Source: Haplodiscus bocki
Taxonomy: Eukaryota
Length of the DNA: 64,000 nucleotides
Reading direction: 5' to 3'
NCBI GenBank assembly: GCA_965655095.1
Contig: OZ296657.1
Coordinates: 61,690,001 to 61,754,000, forward strand
Positions 25,401 to 39,209 of the stretch are shown here, in pieces. Position numbers and translations under genes: made by a program. The notes beneath the pieces were generated by a model. The model was not told the DNA's origin, made no database searches, and was given only the letters and a program-made list of their open reading frames with translations. How positions within the stretch are numbered: the stretch's first letter is position 1; every line of letters starts with the position of its first letter.

Positions 25401-26299
25401 AAGAACATTTTGGTTTTCGAGAACAAAATTTCACTTAAAACTACCACATATACTTCATGCGTCGTTTTCGCCCATAATACCAATATCAAAAACAGCCTAC
25501 ATAATTCTGATTGAAAAGTTAATATTCGCCGTTTAAACAAAAAATTTTTGTTCTCAATTCAACAAATACTGTTCGGGTTGTTCCTACACTCCTGTGCCCC
25601 TTTTTTCTTCGTATGAACTCTATATATGCAAAAAGCGGCTGCCACTAAAAGCGCCGCAAAAACTCAAACTGTCTTTATCTCAAATATGTCTCACTAGGTT
25701 GGAAAAAAGTTGTGAAAAAAATGAAACGTTTCGATAATTTGTAGATGATATTACGGAAACGCATAGTAAAATTTTTTGAAACAAAGTTCCTTAAACAGAT
25801 TTTGGCACATTTTTAACCCCACGTCCAAAAGGACAAGTTCTGCGCAACCTGGAATGTGCACTTGGACGGTGAGACACCAGAGTTTTTGGAGGAGAGTTAT
25901 TCTAGTGTTAGTCCTCATCCAACCCAATGGGGTTATCGGATGACCTTCCCATCTCGAATTTGTCGAACAATGATGGTGAACATGGAACATCTGTCCCTAG
26001 TTTAAAGACAGCACCCACCTCCAACTGAGGATTTTCCCAGAAGAATTGGTTGTCATCCGAGTCTTTTAGCTCATAGCTGCTGGTATCCATAACCTGCGCA
26101 CCAGCTCTTGCGTGAACCTCCACCTTCAATTCAAATATTCTTTGTTGCTTGGGAGTGATTGTGATTTGGGGCAACTGATTTTCCAAAAAGTCTTGTCTAT
26201 GGGACAACAACGGGTTCCAAACTTGCAAAGGATCTCCTTGCAAACTTTTTGTCATTTTGGAACGAGATATTCAAAAATCAAAGCAACTGACTCTCGAAA

Positions 26300-28000
26300 G
26301 TGTCAAGAGACAACTCGGTTTTTCCGTTGGAAACCCAGAAGATCATGGTGCATGAATATAGATTCAAGTTTCGAAAAACAAAAAAGAGTTGAAATTATAG
26401 ATCATTTCGTAAACCAATGGAATATTGTTACGTTTTTGCCATAAATGGATTGATTTTGGTGTTTTTCGGGTCCTGTTTGGTCGTGGTAGTTTGTGATTGA
26501 CGCAGAGAATTCATAAAGTCAGGCGACGGTTTTCGCTTTTGTAGTCTTGACTCAATTTTTTTTGCAAAGCAATGTGTGCCATTTGCACCAAAAAGGTCAG
26601 TGTCAGCTGTTGTTCTTCGAATTGAATGTTAAGAACGTGACGGGTGACTTTGCATTTTGTAGGGTAGTAAAAGCAAGAAGGCTTATTAGTTGAAATGAAA
26701 GGAAACTTTTCGTTTCAACATGTTGGACAAGACAAAACTCCAAAAAGCTCTTGTAAATTTGTTGTCCACAAAAAAGTTGAACGATTCCTTTTTCCCAAAC
26801 TTGGCTGATTGAAATGGGACATTATTGATCATTTGCTTGTCAAGTACCAAGTTTATCTTTTTGGTTTAAAAACGGGCTTTGTCTTTTATTGGTGTCCTTA
26901 AGTGCTCCTGTATTGTTAAATGTACTGTGTGAACTTGTGATATCGCTTTGCAGCTCGACACTTTCCAAAAACTTGAATGGATTTCGGAGTAGTCACCTGA
27001 GCATAGAACACTCGCAATTCTTCCTAGTGCAGCTTTTGTTGAAAAAAGAGACGTCACCATTTGTTTTTCGTGTTCTCAGATATTTAGATGTCATAATTGC
27101 TTTCACAAAATCCACACTTGTAACCAACAAAAAAGCGGTTCGTGTGGAGACAGTAAAGCTGAATGATGGTTAATTTTGACAACCTCTGCAACAGTCAGTT
27201 GGTCACCATGAAAGTCCGATTTTTTGATGGAAAATAAACACTTCTTGTCTTGTCCATCACGGAAAGATAAACGTATCTGACTGTTGGAATGATCTCGAAT
27301 ATCCTAAGAGCAGTGAGCAGAGAGGTTGTCTTTTTATAACGTGAAACCAGTTTGAACCTCATATGTTGGCAGTGGAACCTCTCAAAATTTGCTGGCTTGC
27401 TCGTGAGTTTTTGGATCTTTACGGATGTTGTCTAGTAGGACGGCAGTTCCTTTTCTGGACACGGGGATTACTTCTTTGAGATTATAACGTTGCTGAGACT
27501 ACAAATTGTCAAATAGAAAAAGTTTGATTGCAATTTTGTTTTTGTTCGAACCTCAACTGATTCGAACTATCCGGTGATGGAATTGAGAAAAATCTTGAAA
27601 AACGTGACAGAAACAACTTACTACCAGTGTTCCGTACAAAAAACTTTCGGAAATTTCTTCGTTGGATTCGAGTCCGTAGCTGACACTTGTCAGAAAAATT
27701 GTTTTCTAGCCGTCCTAAGACGTTATCAAAAAGAAAAGCATAAATTAGGTCATATTCATAGCAATGGAAGAACGGTCTAAAGATCTTTTGAGATTTTTTG
27801 CATTGATGTTAAACTCAAACTTTAGGCTCACAGGGCAGCCAAAGATGCTTGGTGCTGCCCTCCACATGATTTTTTTTGAAAATATTTTGTTAACTTCCAC
27901 AAACAACACCACGGATGCTTTCGGAAGAGAGTTATAATCGTTTTTATATTAGCAGGTGAAAAGAATGTCTTGGTTGTAAACGAAAAAAATGCATCTTTCA
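26300..28000 (-). pseudogene. Possible protein-primed DNA polymerase B remnant
   Basis: Only faint minus-strand motif traces (an SQLY-like stretch at ~27150, NKF..E at ~26760). The call rests mainly on its position within the Maverick relic. Confidence 0.3.
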
Positions 28001-31000
28001 AAAACAGTGTCTTTCTGGAAAACAGAAGTTTGGATTTTATAGGCGAAGAAATCAAAGACAAACCGTTGCAAACACTTTTTTAGGGAAGTTGTGTTTTTCC
28101 ATCATAACACATTGCCAGAAACTTATGGATAGAGTGAAGTGTTATTTTCGTAAAATGGAAAAGTATTACATTGAAATACGAAGACGCATCCTTCAAGTGG
28201 TCTCAATATCGGTTTGCAATTTCAGATTGCAACTTAGCACGAATTTTGCGGGGTGTCATGATTAGAGGTTTGGATGATGAATGGTTTGTTCAGTTGCAAG
28301 TCTCTCAAAGTGCAATATCGCGACGAAAGGTAATAGCAAATCAAAAAATTTTTTCTGACAAGGGCTGAAAATGAATTGTTAGCAAGTTAACAACTCCTCA
28401 AGGCCCAACTGCCCTGAAACCCTAACCCCGCGCTACGTGTAGACTGATAACTTTTCTCACTCTGCCATAGGTTGTTTCCTTTAGGGAAAACTTTGGTTGT
28501 TAACAAGAAAAACGTTTCCAGGGAGACAATTTTCTTCATTTTCCTCAATTCCAGTTTTCAATTACATAGTGCACTCAAAACTGTTTTTGGCAGCTTCCAT
28601 TAGTCCTTGGTTTCAAAAAAAGGTTCATTGGCATCAACGTTGCTCTGAACGAAAGGTCCTGATTAACGGAATGAACCAATCAGATTATCCCTTTTTTTCG
28701 ACAGCGACTCTACACGACTAATCAAGAAACTCCTGATCCGTCAAGGCTTGACTCTATCGAAAACGGCATACCAAATTTCCAGCCGGAACTATGTTTTTTA
28801 CACTCTTCTGTTGATTGATTGCCTTGACGAAGTTTTGACCGAAAACAAATAAAAACGGTTGTTCAGAAAAACAGCTTTGTGAAATGCAAGTTTTTGAATC
28901 ATTTCAGGTAAAAAAAAACAACGATATACAATAAATAACACTCTTCAGGCAAATTTTTTTTCCCTGGGGTGACCAGTTGTGGAAAAGTTTTGGATGAAAC
29001 TAGTTGTCTTCTTGAAATTTCTAAAAAAATTTAAGTTTTTGGAAAGGAGTCTTGTGCCCCGGCTTTCCATTAATCTGATTTCCAACTTTCAAACAATAAG
29101 TACACGCAAAGGGCCTCTTGCCAGTTTCCATGATTCTTGGTTTCGAAGGTAGTTTTTTCAGTAGCATCGGTATGGCTTATAAAGTAATAATTTTTTTTTC
29201 AAAAGGCAGCATAAATCAGAGTTTCGTCTGTTTTTTTTGCAACGGCGCTGAACCAAGGTTCAACATTTTCGTGTCTTTTCAAGGCACAAGGGACATAAAC
29301 ATCAAAAGCATAAGACCAAGCCTGTTGCTGGGGAGAATTTTTCAAACCTCATCCAAAAATTTAGCTTTAGAGATGATTCTCTTTTTAGAGGAAAAAAAGA
29401 ATTTTCCAAATGACGATTTTGTTCAAATTGGATCGTCGAGATTTTAGAGACACAGGAAACGAAATTATGCGTTATTAAATACTTCCGAGAAACGTTGATT
29501 TTCTCTGACGTAACAAGTTCGGAAGAAAAAAAAACAAGGAAAAATTGTTTTCATCAGAAAAATAAAAAGTTCTTAGAGTGATGTATGGAGACACGATTCT
29601 CGATTGACCTTAACTCTGGTTATCAAAAACATAGTGCAGTCAAATCTGCCTACTGACAGCTTCCGTATGTTCTGAGCTGGAAAAAGTTTTTTTTGAATCA
29701 TCCTTGCCCAAGACTTAACGTCTTGATTAAGTGAATACAGATATCATAATTCCACTTTTTTGACAACGGCTGTAAGAGAATAGTCAGAACGGTCGTGTTA
29801 CTTCAATGCACGACCTCAGAAAAATCCTATCATTTGGCTGTGTGTCGAAAGAATAGAAATAACTAAGCTTAACCCTACTACAGATTGCTTTTTTCAAGAA
29901 AAACTTTAGCTGTAAACGAGAAAAAAAATCTTCAGAGAAAAATTTTTATTAAAGGCTGGTTCTTGAGACGTTCGAAGTAAAAGCAACAAATTTATATAAT
30001 TCATATTACTAACTAGAATAGTTGACTTTTTCTCTCGTAAAAATTTGCTGAGATATGTTTGAAGAAAATGCCTATTTTATTGAGATATGAAACGTATTAG
30101 ATTGAAAAATGGTGACAAAAGGTTATATTGATTTCCACTCCGACCAATAATTTCATTCAGCAGTCAGTTAGCGCCTAATGCTGGTTCTCATGAGTCCCCA
30201 AAGAGAAACATAAGTGGGTTTTTTGCATCAAAAAGGTTAAATATGCAAAATTTTGACTGACAGAATATTCAAATCAGAGTTTTTTTTCGACAACGGCACC
30301 AAACCAACATTTAACTTGCTTTTGTCTATTCAAGGCACACATATATCGGAAGCTTTGCAGCGAACTTTACTCGAAGGTAACTTTAATTTAACTTCTTCCA
30401 TGGGTCGCTAGTTTTTGAGAAAAACAAAAAACTATCTCATCCAGTGAGTCGATTTTTTACAATTTGGCTTTTTGGGTTGTTTGAAAGACAGGAAACAAAA
30501 ATATTCCATAGGTATTACTTCTTATGAAATGTTTTCTTCTGTTTGGTAACGCTTTGTGAAAATTTCAAGGATTAAAAGTCTTACCTTCAAAAGACTCGAA
30601 ATTTCACAGAGTGAAATCTAAAGTCACGATAATCCATTGATCTCAAACACAGTTGCAAAGTCTCAACTGTATGCTGCTGGCTTCCATGAGTTGGGTTTAA
30701 AAAAGTAGTTTGTTTTTTTGTTCAACTTGCTTGAAACGTAAGGTCTTGTTTATAAAAACTGAGGTTTGAGTTTACCATTTGTCGACAACGGCTGGAAACC
30801 AACAGTCAACTTGTTCTTTTCTTTTCAAGCCATGACTACATAGAAACCATAACAGCGAGATTTGTTTCGAAGTGAAACTTCTTTCAATTCTTTGATATAT
30901 TGCTCCCTCTAGACAAGAATTTCACAAGACACACGAGACATTTCTTCTCAAGATACATGAAAGAAAAAAGTTTTCAGGTTAACGATTTTCCACAATTCAG

Positions 31001-33720
31001 TTTTCGGAGAACTTTGAAGTTAAAGAAGACAACATTATAGGACAACCATGCCTTCCTAACAAAATTGTTGTTCTCTGTCGTAACAATTTGTGAAAATTTC
31101 AGGGACAGAAAGTGCAATCATCATAACATTTGAAAATTCATACAGTGAAATGGGGAAAACTGGTTTAACTATCACCCGAATTCTCGATTTCAGTGGCATA
31201 CGGCTTTCAAAAGTGCCTTTTGCTGGAGTCCGAATCCAAAAGAATGTTTGTTTGGTTTGATGCAAAATGCCCAAGTAAGTTGTCTTGAATAAACAAAAGC
31301 TGAGATCGGAAGTTCATTTTTTCTGAATACGGCTCTAATTGAATGAGCAACAGGACCGTGTTACCTCAAGTACAAGGGAACCCTAACACCGACCTATAAA
31401 TTGTAACAAAATAAAAATTAATCCATTCTACTTATTCCTAGTTTCCAGGCGAACGTATGTTTTAAATGAAGAAAAGAACATTTTAGGAATTACGATTTGC
31501 TAAAACGCAAACTTTTTGGACGTTTGAATTGAAGAATCGAACGTACACGATAACTAAACAGTCCTAGCAAACTTGTTTTTTCTCTGGTTCAACATTTCGC
31601 GATGTTTTGTTCGGAATAGATTTGTAGCTTTCAAAGGAATCAAAAACCTTTACAGTCAAATATGGAGATAGGTTTTTCCACTGAGCACAATTGGGGACCC
31701 TAATATGATTCTGCAGTCGCACATGCCCTATGCTGGTTTCAATTTTTGAGTTTTTGCGTCGGTTGTTCCCATGGATCAATGTCATTATTTCACAACAGCA
31801 CAGGTTGCAGTTTCTCTTGTTTTAAAAACGGCTCCAGTGAATACTCAGCCTATTCTTGTTTGTTCAAAGCACAACTGCAACAAAAGCCAAAATCCGAGTT
31901 TGTTATGGAAGGAAAATTTATATTAGATGCTACTCTAGTTTTCTATTTTCAATTAAAAAGTACAGTTGAGAGAAAGTATTCGCAGAAGGGCGATTTTCTA
32001 AATAGCGGATTTTCAACATGTTTCGACCACAGAAAACAAAAACTTACCATAACCAACACTGCTTTGTAGAGCTATATTTAATGGCCGTAAAAGATGTGAA
32101 AAGGTAAAGGATGGAAAGTGTTCAGATCAAAATTACGGACAACTCAGAAAGTAAAAAAGGAGACACGACTTTGGATTGAAGTCAAATCGAGTCTTCAAAT
32201 GCACAGTGCAAAGGTAACTGCCAATTGCTTGCATCGATGATTGCAGGTTGAAGGATAAATCGACTATATGGATCCAACTTTCTCGTATCCCATTGTTTGA
32301 AAAACTATGAAGAGATATCGGAGTTTCTCCTTTTTGAAAAACGGCTCTACTCTAACAGTGAACATTATCGGGTTTTTTCAAGGCACGCCTACGTCAAAAA
32401 CATAACTCGAAGCTTCGTATTGAATCATTTTTTATCCTGAATTCATTTATTGATAGCTGGATCCAAAAAAAACGTAGGACGTAAACAAAAAAGGTACTTT
32501 TTCAGGCAGACGTTTTTCTAAAACGCGGCTTTTGAGGTGTTTTTGGTACAGAATACAAAAGTGTGCCAAAATTATTACTTCCTAAGAAAATTGCTTTCTG
32601 TTGTTAAAAGTTGTAAAAACCTCATCGAAAAAAAGTGTTATCGTCATGACATTGGAAAAACAGGACGTGAAATCTGGAGACCCTGCTTCCATTGATCTCG
32701 ATTCCGGTCTTCAAAAACATAGTTCAGTAGAAACTGCCAAAAGCTCGCATCGATGAGTCCGGGTTGAGAAATGAATTGCTTGTTCGCATCTACTTTGCTT
32801 ATATCGTATTGTCTAAAAAACTATTAACAGAGATCAGAATTTCTCTTCTCTTAAAAGCAGCTGCAAACGGATAGTGAATTTCTTCGTGTCTCCACAACAA
32901 CATCGAAAACAAAGCCCATCGCTTTCCATCGAAACAAAAACAACATGGATATTTCTCTTGATTGCTAGTTTTAACGAAAACCCTTTTTGTAAACGAGAGA
33001 AAGAGCTGTTACAGAAACGATTTTTCTGTCGAAAATTCAGTTTTGTGGGACATTTGAGGTGAAGAAGAAAGGGTTTTACCATAACTGATACTTCATTGGA
33101 AAGTTGTTTTTCCATCGTCACAAGTAGCGAAAATGTTTTGGATAAAAAACTGTTATCTTCATAACAATGGAAAATACAAGAGTGAAATATGGTTACAAGC
33201 TTTAGCATTGATCTCATTTCAGGTTCTTAAGTTCATTGGGCAGTTAAAAATAACTAGCTCCAGTCTCCATGGGTCTCGGCTATCAAGATGTTCGGGTTAC
33301 TTGCGTCAAAAATGCCCATGAAATGTCGTGATGAAACAAAGCAACATCTCTGAGATCCCCTTTCTTTGACAGCGGCTCGAAACGAATAAAAAACATAGTC
33401 GTGTTTGTTGGAGGCACGAAACCATAACACCGAGCATCACATCAAAAAGATTCTTATCTCTGCTTTTATGTTATTAATAGTTGCAATGTTACCGTGTCTG
33501 TTGAGAAACATTAGAACAAAACCTCTGTGCTCCAGGAAAACGTTTTTTTGCTGCTGTTTTAGGCGTTCAAATTTTTTTGGGATATTGAATAAGATCCGAC
33601 ATGTTCTCGAAAGTTTTCGCTTGGAAGTTGAATACTTTGAAATTGAAGAAAGGTCGAGAAATTTGAGTCCCTCAGAGGTAACCTCGTTTGATCTCAACTG
33701 TGGCTTTAACTTCTACTGTA
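28000..33720. repeat. Diverged tandem array, ~520-bp unit, ~10 copies
   Basis: An anchor motif (cagagttt...tttgacAACGGC...tcaaggcac) recurs at 28703, 29241, 29765, 30292, 30787, 31328, 31827, 32340, 32856 and 33371. A second motif (attgatctc...acatagtgca...gcttccatg) recurs with the same period. Confidence 0.8.
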
Positions 33721-33749
33721 AAGGTTTTCTGTCAAAGCTTTAGTCATAA

Positions 33750-36500
33750 AATGCTTGAATATTCAGTTCGATTCCGATATGGCAGGTTAGCGCTTCCATT
33801 GAATTATCAAGAGTACCACGGAAGCTGCGGATCTCATTATGAGCTGTATGAAAAATGCCTTCTTTCAGGCAACGAATTGCAGGACTTGTGGTGACTGCGC
33901 TACACTTTGTCAACTGAAAGCCTCTTAACCATTTTGATGCAGCTTTTTCAAACGTTTGTTCTAGTGTTCTTGGTTGCGCAGTTTTCATCTCAGTTATTTT
34001 TTTCTTCTTTCTTCAATGCGTTCACATTTCTAAAGTTTGATTTCCCGTGCTTTAGTGCGACCGACGTTTCTATGACTCATTCAGTCAGCCAACTGTACAG
34101 TTGGACCATTCATGGTTGTTGCCATTGTCATTAGAGACACTCTAATATGGAGTATTCTTTACGGAACTTCCCGGAACGGTACCGAAAAGTTTTTTTTTCA
34201 ATTTTTGGCATCCAACAACCGGTTACAGCAGGTATCTTTTTCTGATCATTTATTTTTTGTGTTTTTGTTGCTTTTATATGTCGTTCGGTAAATGGAGTCA
34301 ATTTCATATTGAACAACGTTTGCAGCATAAAAACGAACATTCTGAAGACATCTTAGCAGATTTTGACAATTTCAGACAAAAATTTTGATAATCATTCATC
34401 TTGCCTTCTACAAATCTCTGACATGAATCTTCACTTCTGATTACCGAGCCGAGAATCCTATGTTACTACGCAAAACTGATTTCCATCACATGGAATGTTT
34501 TCGATGGGTTTCCATTACTCAGATGAAATTTGGATCACTTAACTTGATGACTGAAATCTTTTCGATGCTCAGGGACGCTGGCAGGAGTTTCAAGCAAAAC
34601 TTAAGCAGTTCCAGCTGCGTTCTAGTTGTCGGCGTACTATTTTGCTGCGATTTAGATATTTTGCTTCGATGAGCAGTTGAAGCAAGGATACGCCATACAT
34701 CGCCATTGGTAATGGATTACCTTGAGCTGTTCTTTCACCGGATTGAAATTTCTTTATAGTAACGTATTATGAGGGGGTTCTGAACTGTAGTTTCCCAAAA
34801 CAGTGGACAAATGCGATTCAAAATTTTTCAATAGTAAATCTCTATTCAAAAAACTAGAGTCAATTTCTGTTTTAATCGACACGATCGACTCGTTCTTTTT
34901 CATTCTCGAAAGCAGCACTGGAAGTGTCAGATACAGTTTTTACGGCCAAGGCACAGGTGAAGATTAGACCAAAGACATTTGAAGTCGACTGACACTCCAT
35001 GAACAAAAATTTAGGGCTACTTTGCTTATCCCTGTTGGTCAAACTCCTGCATTTTTAGCTAATGAGACAAAACGACAGTCGTTCCATTGTGTTTTTGAGA
35101 TGTTCATTATCAATCGTTTCGATCTATGGAAATTTTATCGAAAACGGTTAATTTCGTGTGTCACTTGTTGGAATCGCGGGCAAAGGATCCATGGAATCTC
35201 TGAACTTAGTGTCGACGATTCTCACATGATCGGGGCTGATGTAATCCAAAATTGAAAGTTGGAATCTGATTGTGTTCTCGGCGAAGCTATTCTTAGCATT
35301 TGGATAAACTACCATGGTTCTGGGTGTTTTTCTTGAATAATTTGTGGAACAATTCTGGCTTCGTTTTGTGTGTCAAACGACAGGACGCCATTGGATTGGA
35401 AATTAGATAGGAGTCCAATAGCACCGGCAAGATAAGGTTTACGGCTCCTCTCAGATGATTGAACTGTTTGGCTTCATTAAGTTCTTTTTTGGCAGAATAT
35501 TGACTCTTTCGTGCGTGCGAAGCGTTGGCTTTAGTAAAGAGCTACAGAAACTTCGCCGCTTTTTCATCTTTCAATCTGATTGATATTGTCTCAGAATGCG
35601 TGCCAACGGTGGCAGAAATTTTCGTTTTGGATAGAATAAGACTGGAGAAATTCAATGGGGCTAATATGCTTCTCTCTCTGAGGATTCGACCAACGCAGAA
35701 TTACTCCACTCAGATGGCTAACGGACTCCAAGTCACTTCGGTTTTACTCAAGATGAAAAAGGTGGTCTCTAGCTCGCAACTTCCTCATGTTTTTGCTTCA
35801 TTAGGGAAACTGTTTTGACAATTGCAGTTTTTCCAGACTTGCTGATAAGCGCTCACAACAATGTGGCGCCTTGACAGCGACCATAGATGAGTTTGCACGT
35901 CATCTCCTTCCCAAATCTGCATTTTTAAATCATCTCAATCAAGATTTTTGTTACCCCTAGACCCATATCAGTACCACAAAGAACACTAACCTCTGGAACA
36001 GTCACGCTAAGAAATGCTGCTTCAAAATTGCTCGCTTTGTAACTAACTAAAACGGAAATTTTTTACTCTTTAAGAGTAAAATCGTCTTTGGCAATTGATC
36101 AGGAGAATTGGGACGTTGTTGGGTTGAGTTTACCCTGATATGTTGATATTAGTTGTCGTTCAGCTGCAGGACTCTTCCTTCTAAACGTGATAGTTTGTTC
36201 TGAAATGAAAAGGTGCGCTCATTTTGGGACAATTGAGCGAGGTTTCGGCTTCATGGATGAAGCCTTGCACTGAATGATCAAATGGTGACTCCATGAAATT
36301 CACAAATTCAAAAAGCACCCACATTGATGTATGCGAAATAACAATCATGCGGAGAGGATGGTTTTTCACCAAGTATGAATTTTTTCTTGATAAACCCAAC
36401 CTCGCTGAAACGACTAGGCTTAAAACGTTCATTCTTCTCAAAAATTCACATGGCATCTAAAAATTGCATATGGTGATCAAAAAACGGACGAGTATTTACA
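33750..36500 (-). pseudogene. Decayed BEL/Pao LTR retrotransposon relic
   Basis: FQLTKCSAVTTSPAIRCLKE (~33870-33920) resembles the Pao SFVIGKCRVAP..TIPRLE motif. CQGAH-like zinc-knuckle traces at ~35870-35980. Confidence 0.4.
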
Positions 36501-38059
36501 AAAGGAGAAAAGTTGAGCATAACTGAATGAAAATTCGAGGCTCTGACGAGGCCGCTACTAGTGAAGACGTAAATACTAGTTTAAACTAGAAACCGATTAG
36601 TAGTGCTCCTAGTTCCTCCTCATTTGGGAATACTAAAACAAGTAAACCATTATATTTTTATTGTGCATGAAATAATTATAAAATTTCTTCAACAATATTT
36701 GCATGTTTTTGATACTTGATTTGTAGATGTTCATATTTTCAAACTAACGAATGTTTATCTAATTGCTTCTCGATCGTAAACAATATGCGAGTGCGGGATT
36801 AAGCGCTGTGATGTCCTTTTTCGACGGATTATGTCTGCCCATTTTCCGTCGTATTGTGGAAAGAATGGGACCTTTTGAGGAAAGAAAATGCTGGAAAGGT
36901 TCTTATCTTCTGCCTGAGTTGGCGCTTTTTGCTTCGTATTGTTAGTCCTAGGGTGTTTCTTTCTATTCTATAACTCAACTTGCCGTGTAAACATTCATAT
37001 TCCGCCGAAAAAAAAGGTATAAGTGGGAGAAACGAAAGTACTAGAACTTTGTAATTTGGTACTGATGTCAATAACCAGTTTTTTGATTTTGTTAAACTGA
37101 CAGTATATAACCAGTTACCTAATACTCCCACGTTCAAGTTGGCATCAAATTCAATTCAGTCTTGGACGCTGCTTAAAAATTTTCCTTTCACAATTGGAAA
37201 CGCTGTGGAGCAAGTAGAAATTGGCAGCTGTCAGTAGAAACAGTCAAGAGGAGCATCCTTGGAACAGCTTGTCGCGGGACACAAATTTTCTTAGACTGAA
37301 CGGAGACTACATAACATAAGTCTCAGAAGAAACAGAAAAGAGAGTGGCTAAAAAAGTTTCAGGAGTTTAGCAGGACAGAAAATAAAATTTTGAGCGCTCT
37401 GTCGAAAATGGGCGAGTTTCATCTGAGCTCACACGGTAGGGTGCAATACAGAACCGCTGTGGAGACTTCCCGAAATCATGACAGGCAAAATTTGAAGTAC
37501 GACGAAGATCGTTCGCAGAATGATACTCATCTTGAAGTGGGTACTTTGGTCAACAGGTCCCTCAATCTGTAAATTTAGACCCTGACCTGGTACATAACAG
37601 TAGAATCAAATCAATAGAACTCCTGTTGCGGTAGAAGCTGTTACTGGTTATCATCTGCACTGAAAAAAATTAATTCTGGTGAATATTAGAAGAAACATGT
37701 CAGGTAATGTGAAACGGGATCAATTTGCATTTGAATTCATTTTCATTGGTCCTCAACAAAAAATTATTTCATTTTTTCTCTTAGAGATACGCCAAGTTGG
37801 GAATCACACCACGAAGTCTGATATATAAGGTGAGTAAAGAGTAAAATTGACCAGAATTACATTTAAAACACAAAAAGTCATCATTTTTAGGGAAGGGACC
37901 TCAATTGAAACCACATCATTGAGTTTTCTATTAACTACCAAATGCTTGAGTGATTTTGCATGGAGAATTGTTAAAATTGCTTGACCGCGACAGTCATTCT
38001 ACCTAAGTGGTTATTCAAATATTTTGGACAATTTCCTAGCGTTTTGGAAAATTTCTCGG

Positions 38060-38880
38060 CGTGGAAAATTAGTGGGAAACGCAGGTACTTTTAACTGTGG
38101 ACCGCATAGAAAAGGGCCCCAAACGCAGTTTACCTGCGTTACATGTAGTTTACCTGTAAAAACAGGTAAATTACCTGCACCTGACCGGAAAGCACATCAC
38201 ATAGAAAACCCGCGATCTGCCTGCAGCTGCATGTAAGCTTACATGAAAAGAGCGGGCATTTTGCAGGAAATTCTACATGCCGAACTCGTGCAAAAACACC
38301 CGCGATCTATTAGCATGCAGAATTGCCTGCTTTCGCAAGTAAACCCCCACGAGCGACTTGCTGGCAAAAGTACACCCAAGTACTGCTATTACGCCGTGGG
38401 TGAATTCACATGGAAATTGCAAGTGAACTCGTCGCGTTACGCCCTGCAAGTGAAGTTACCCGCAACTTTATTACGTGTACAAAAATACCTGCACAATATA
38501 CGCTTGACTCAGCGAAAACTTCATTTGGCTGCAAGCATTTCGCGTGTATTCTGCGTGAGGTACTTGCCGCGTAGATGCAGATAAAATTACATGTTTTTAC
38601 AGATGAACTGCATGTAAAGCAGGTTAACAGCATGTGGGGTTTTTGTACACGCGTCGCTCCGAATGTAAAATTTGTCGCTTTTGCAGGTCTTTGAAACCGG
38701 GTCAGAAAACCATCACTTTTTGCGAAGAAACTACACTGAAAGGGATCAGATTGCGGAATCCGCCGGCAATCGTTGCCTGGGGAAAATTCTGCTTGCATTC
38801 GCTGGTGTTTTACTTGCAGAACAGTTTACCTGCGGACATCGGAAGTAATTTTACACGCGCCAGTTTTAAAGTACATGAAA
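38060..38880. repeat. Internally repetitive dispersed element rich in TTACCTGC/GCAGGTAA-like motifs
   Basis: Many variants of ttacctgc, caggtaa and ttacatg in both orientations over ~800 bp. ORFs here look non-biological. Confidence 0.55.
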
Positions 38881-39140
38881 TATATTTTTAAAATATATAT
38901 TCTCACGCTCTTGGGCTCTTGTCCTGTCAACATCTTGTGACAACAAGTCCAAGATTTTCTGTTTTGGTTACAAAATTCTTGCAATCACGATCTGAGATTG
39001 CACTTTTCCCAAAATTCAAAGGAATGTCTAGGACATTCGCTTGGCATGCCAGACTGCCAAATGAGCAACCGTGTGAAGTATTGAGGCAGAACACGGCAAC
39101 CCTGCGCCCCCATAAGGTCGCCAGAGAAAAAAACAGAGAG

Positions 39141-39142
<2 letters not shown>

Positions 39143-39206
<64 letters not shown>
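39143..39206. repeat. (AG)n microsatellite (~32 units)
   Basis: Perfect AG run. Confidence 0.98.

Positions 39207-39209
<3 letters not shown>

Larger units (their letters stand above)
18950..28000 (-). mobile_element. Decayed Maverick/Polinton-like element
   Basis: Co-oriented remnants of a retroviral-type integrase, an A32-like ATPase, a capsid-like ORF and possible protein-primed PolB fragments. No TIRs recognised and limits are approximate. Confidence 0.7.
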
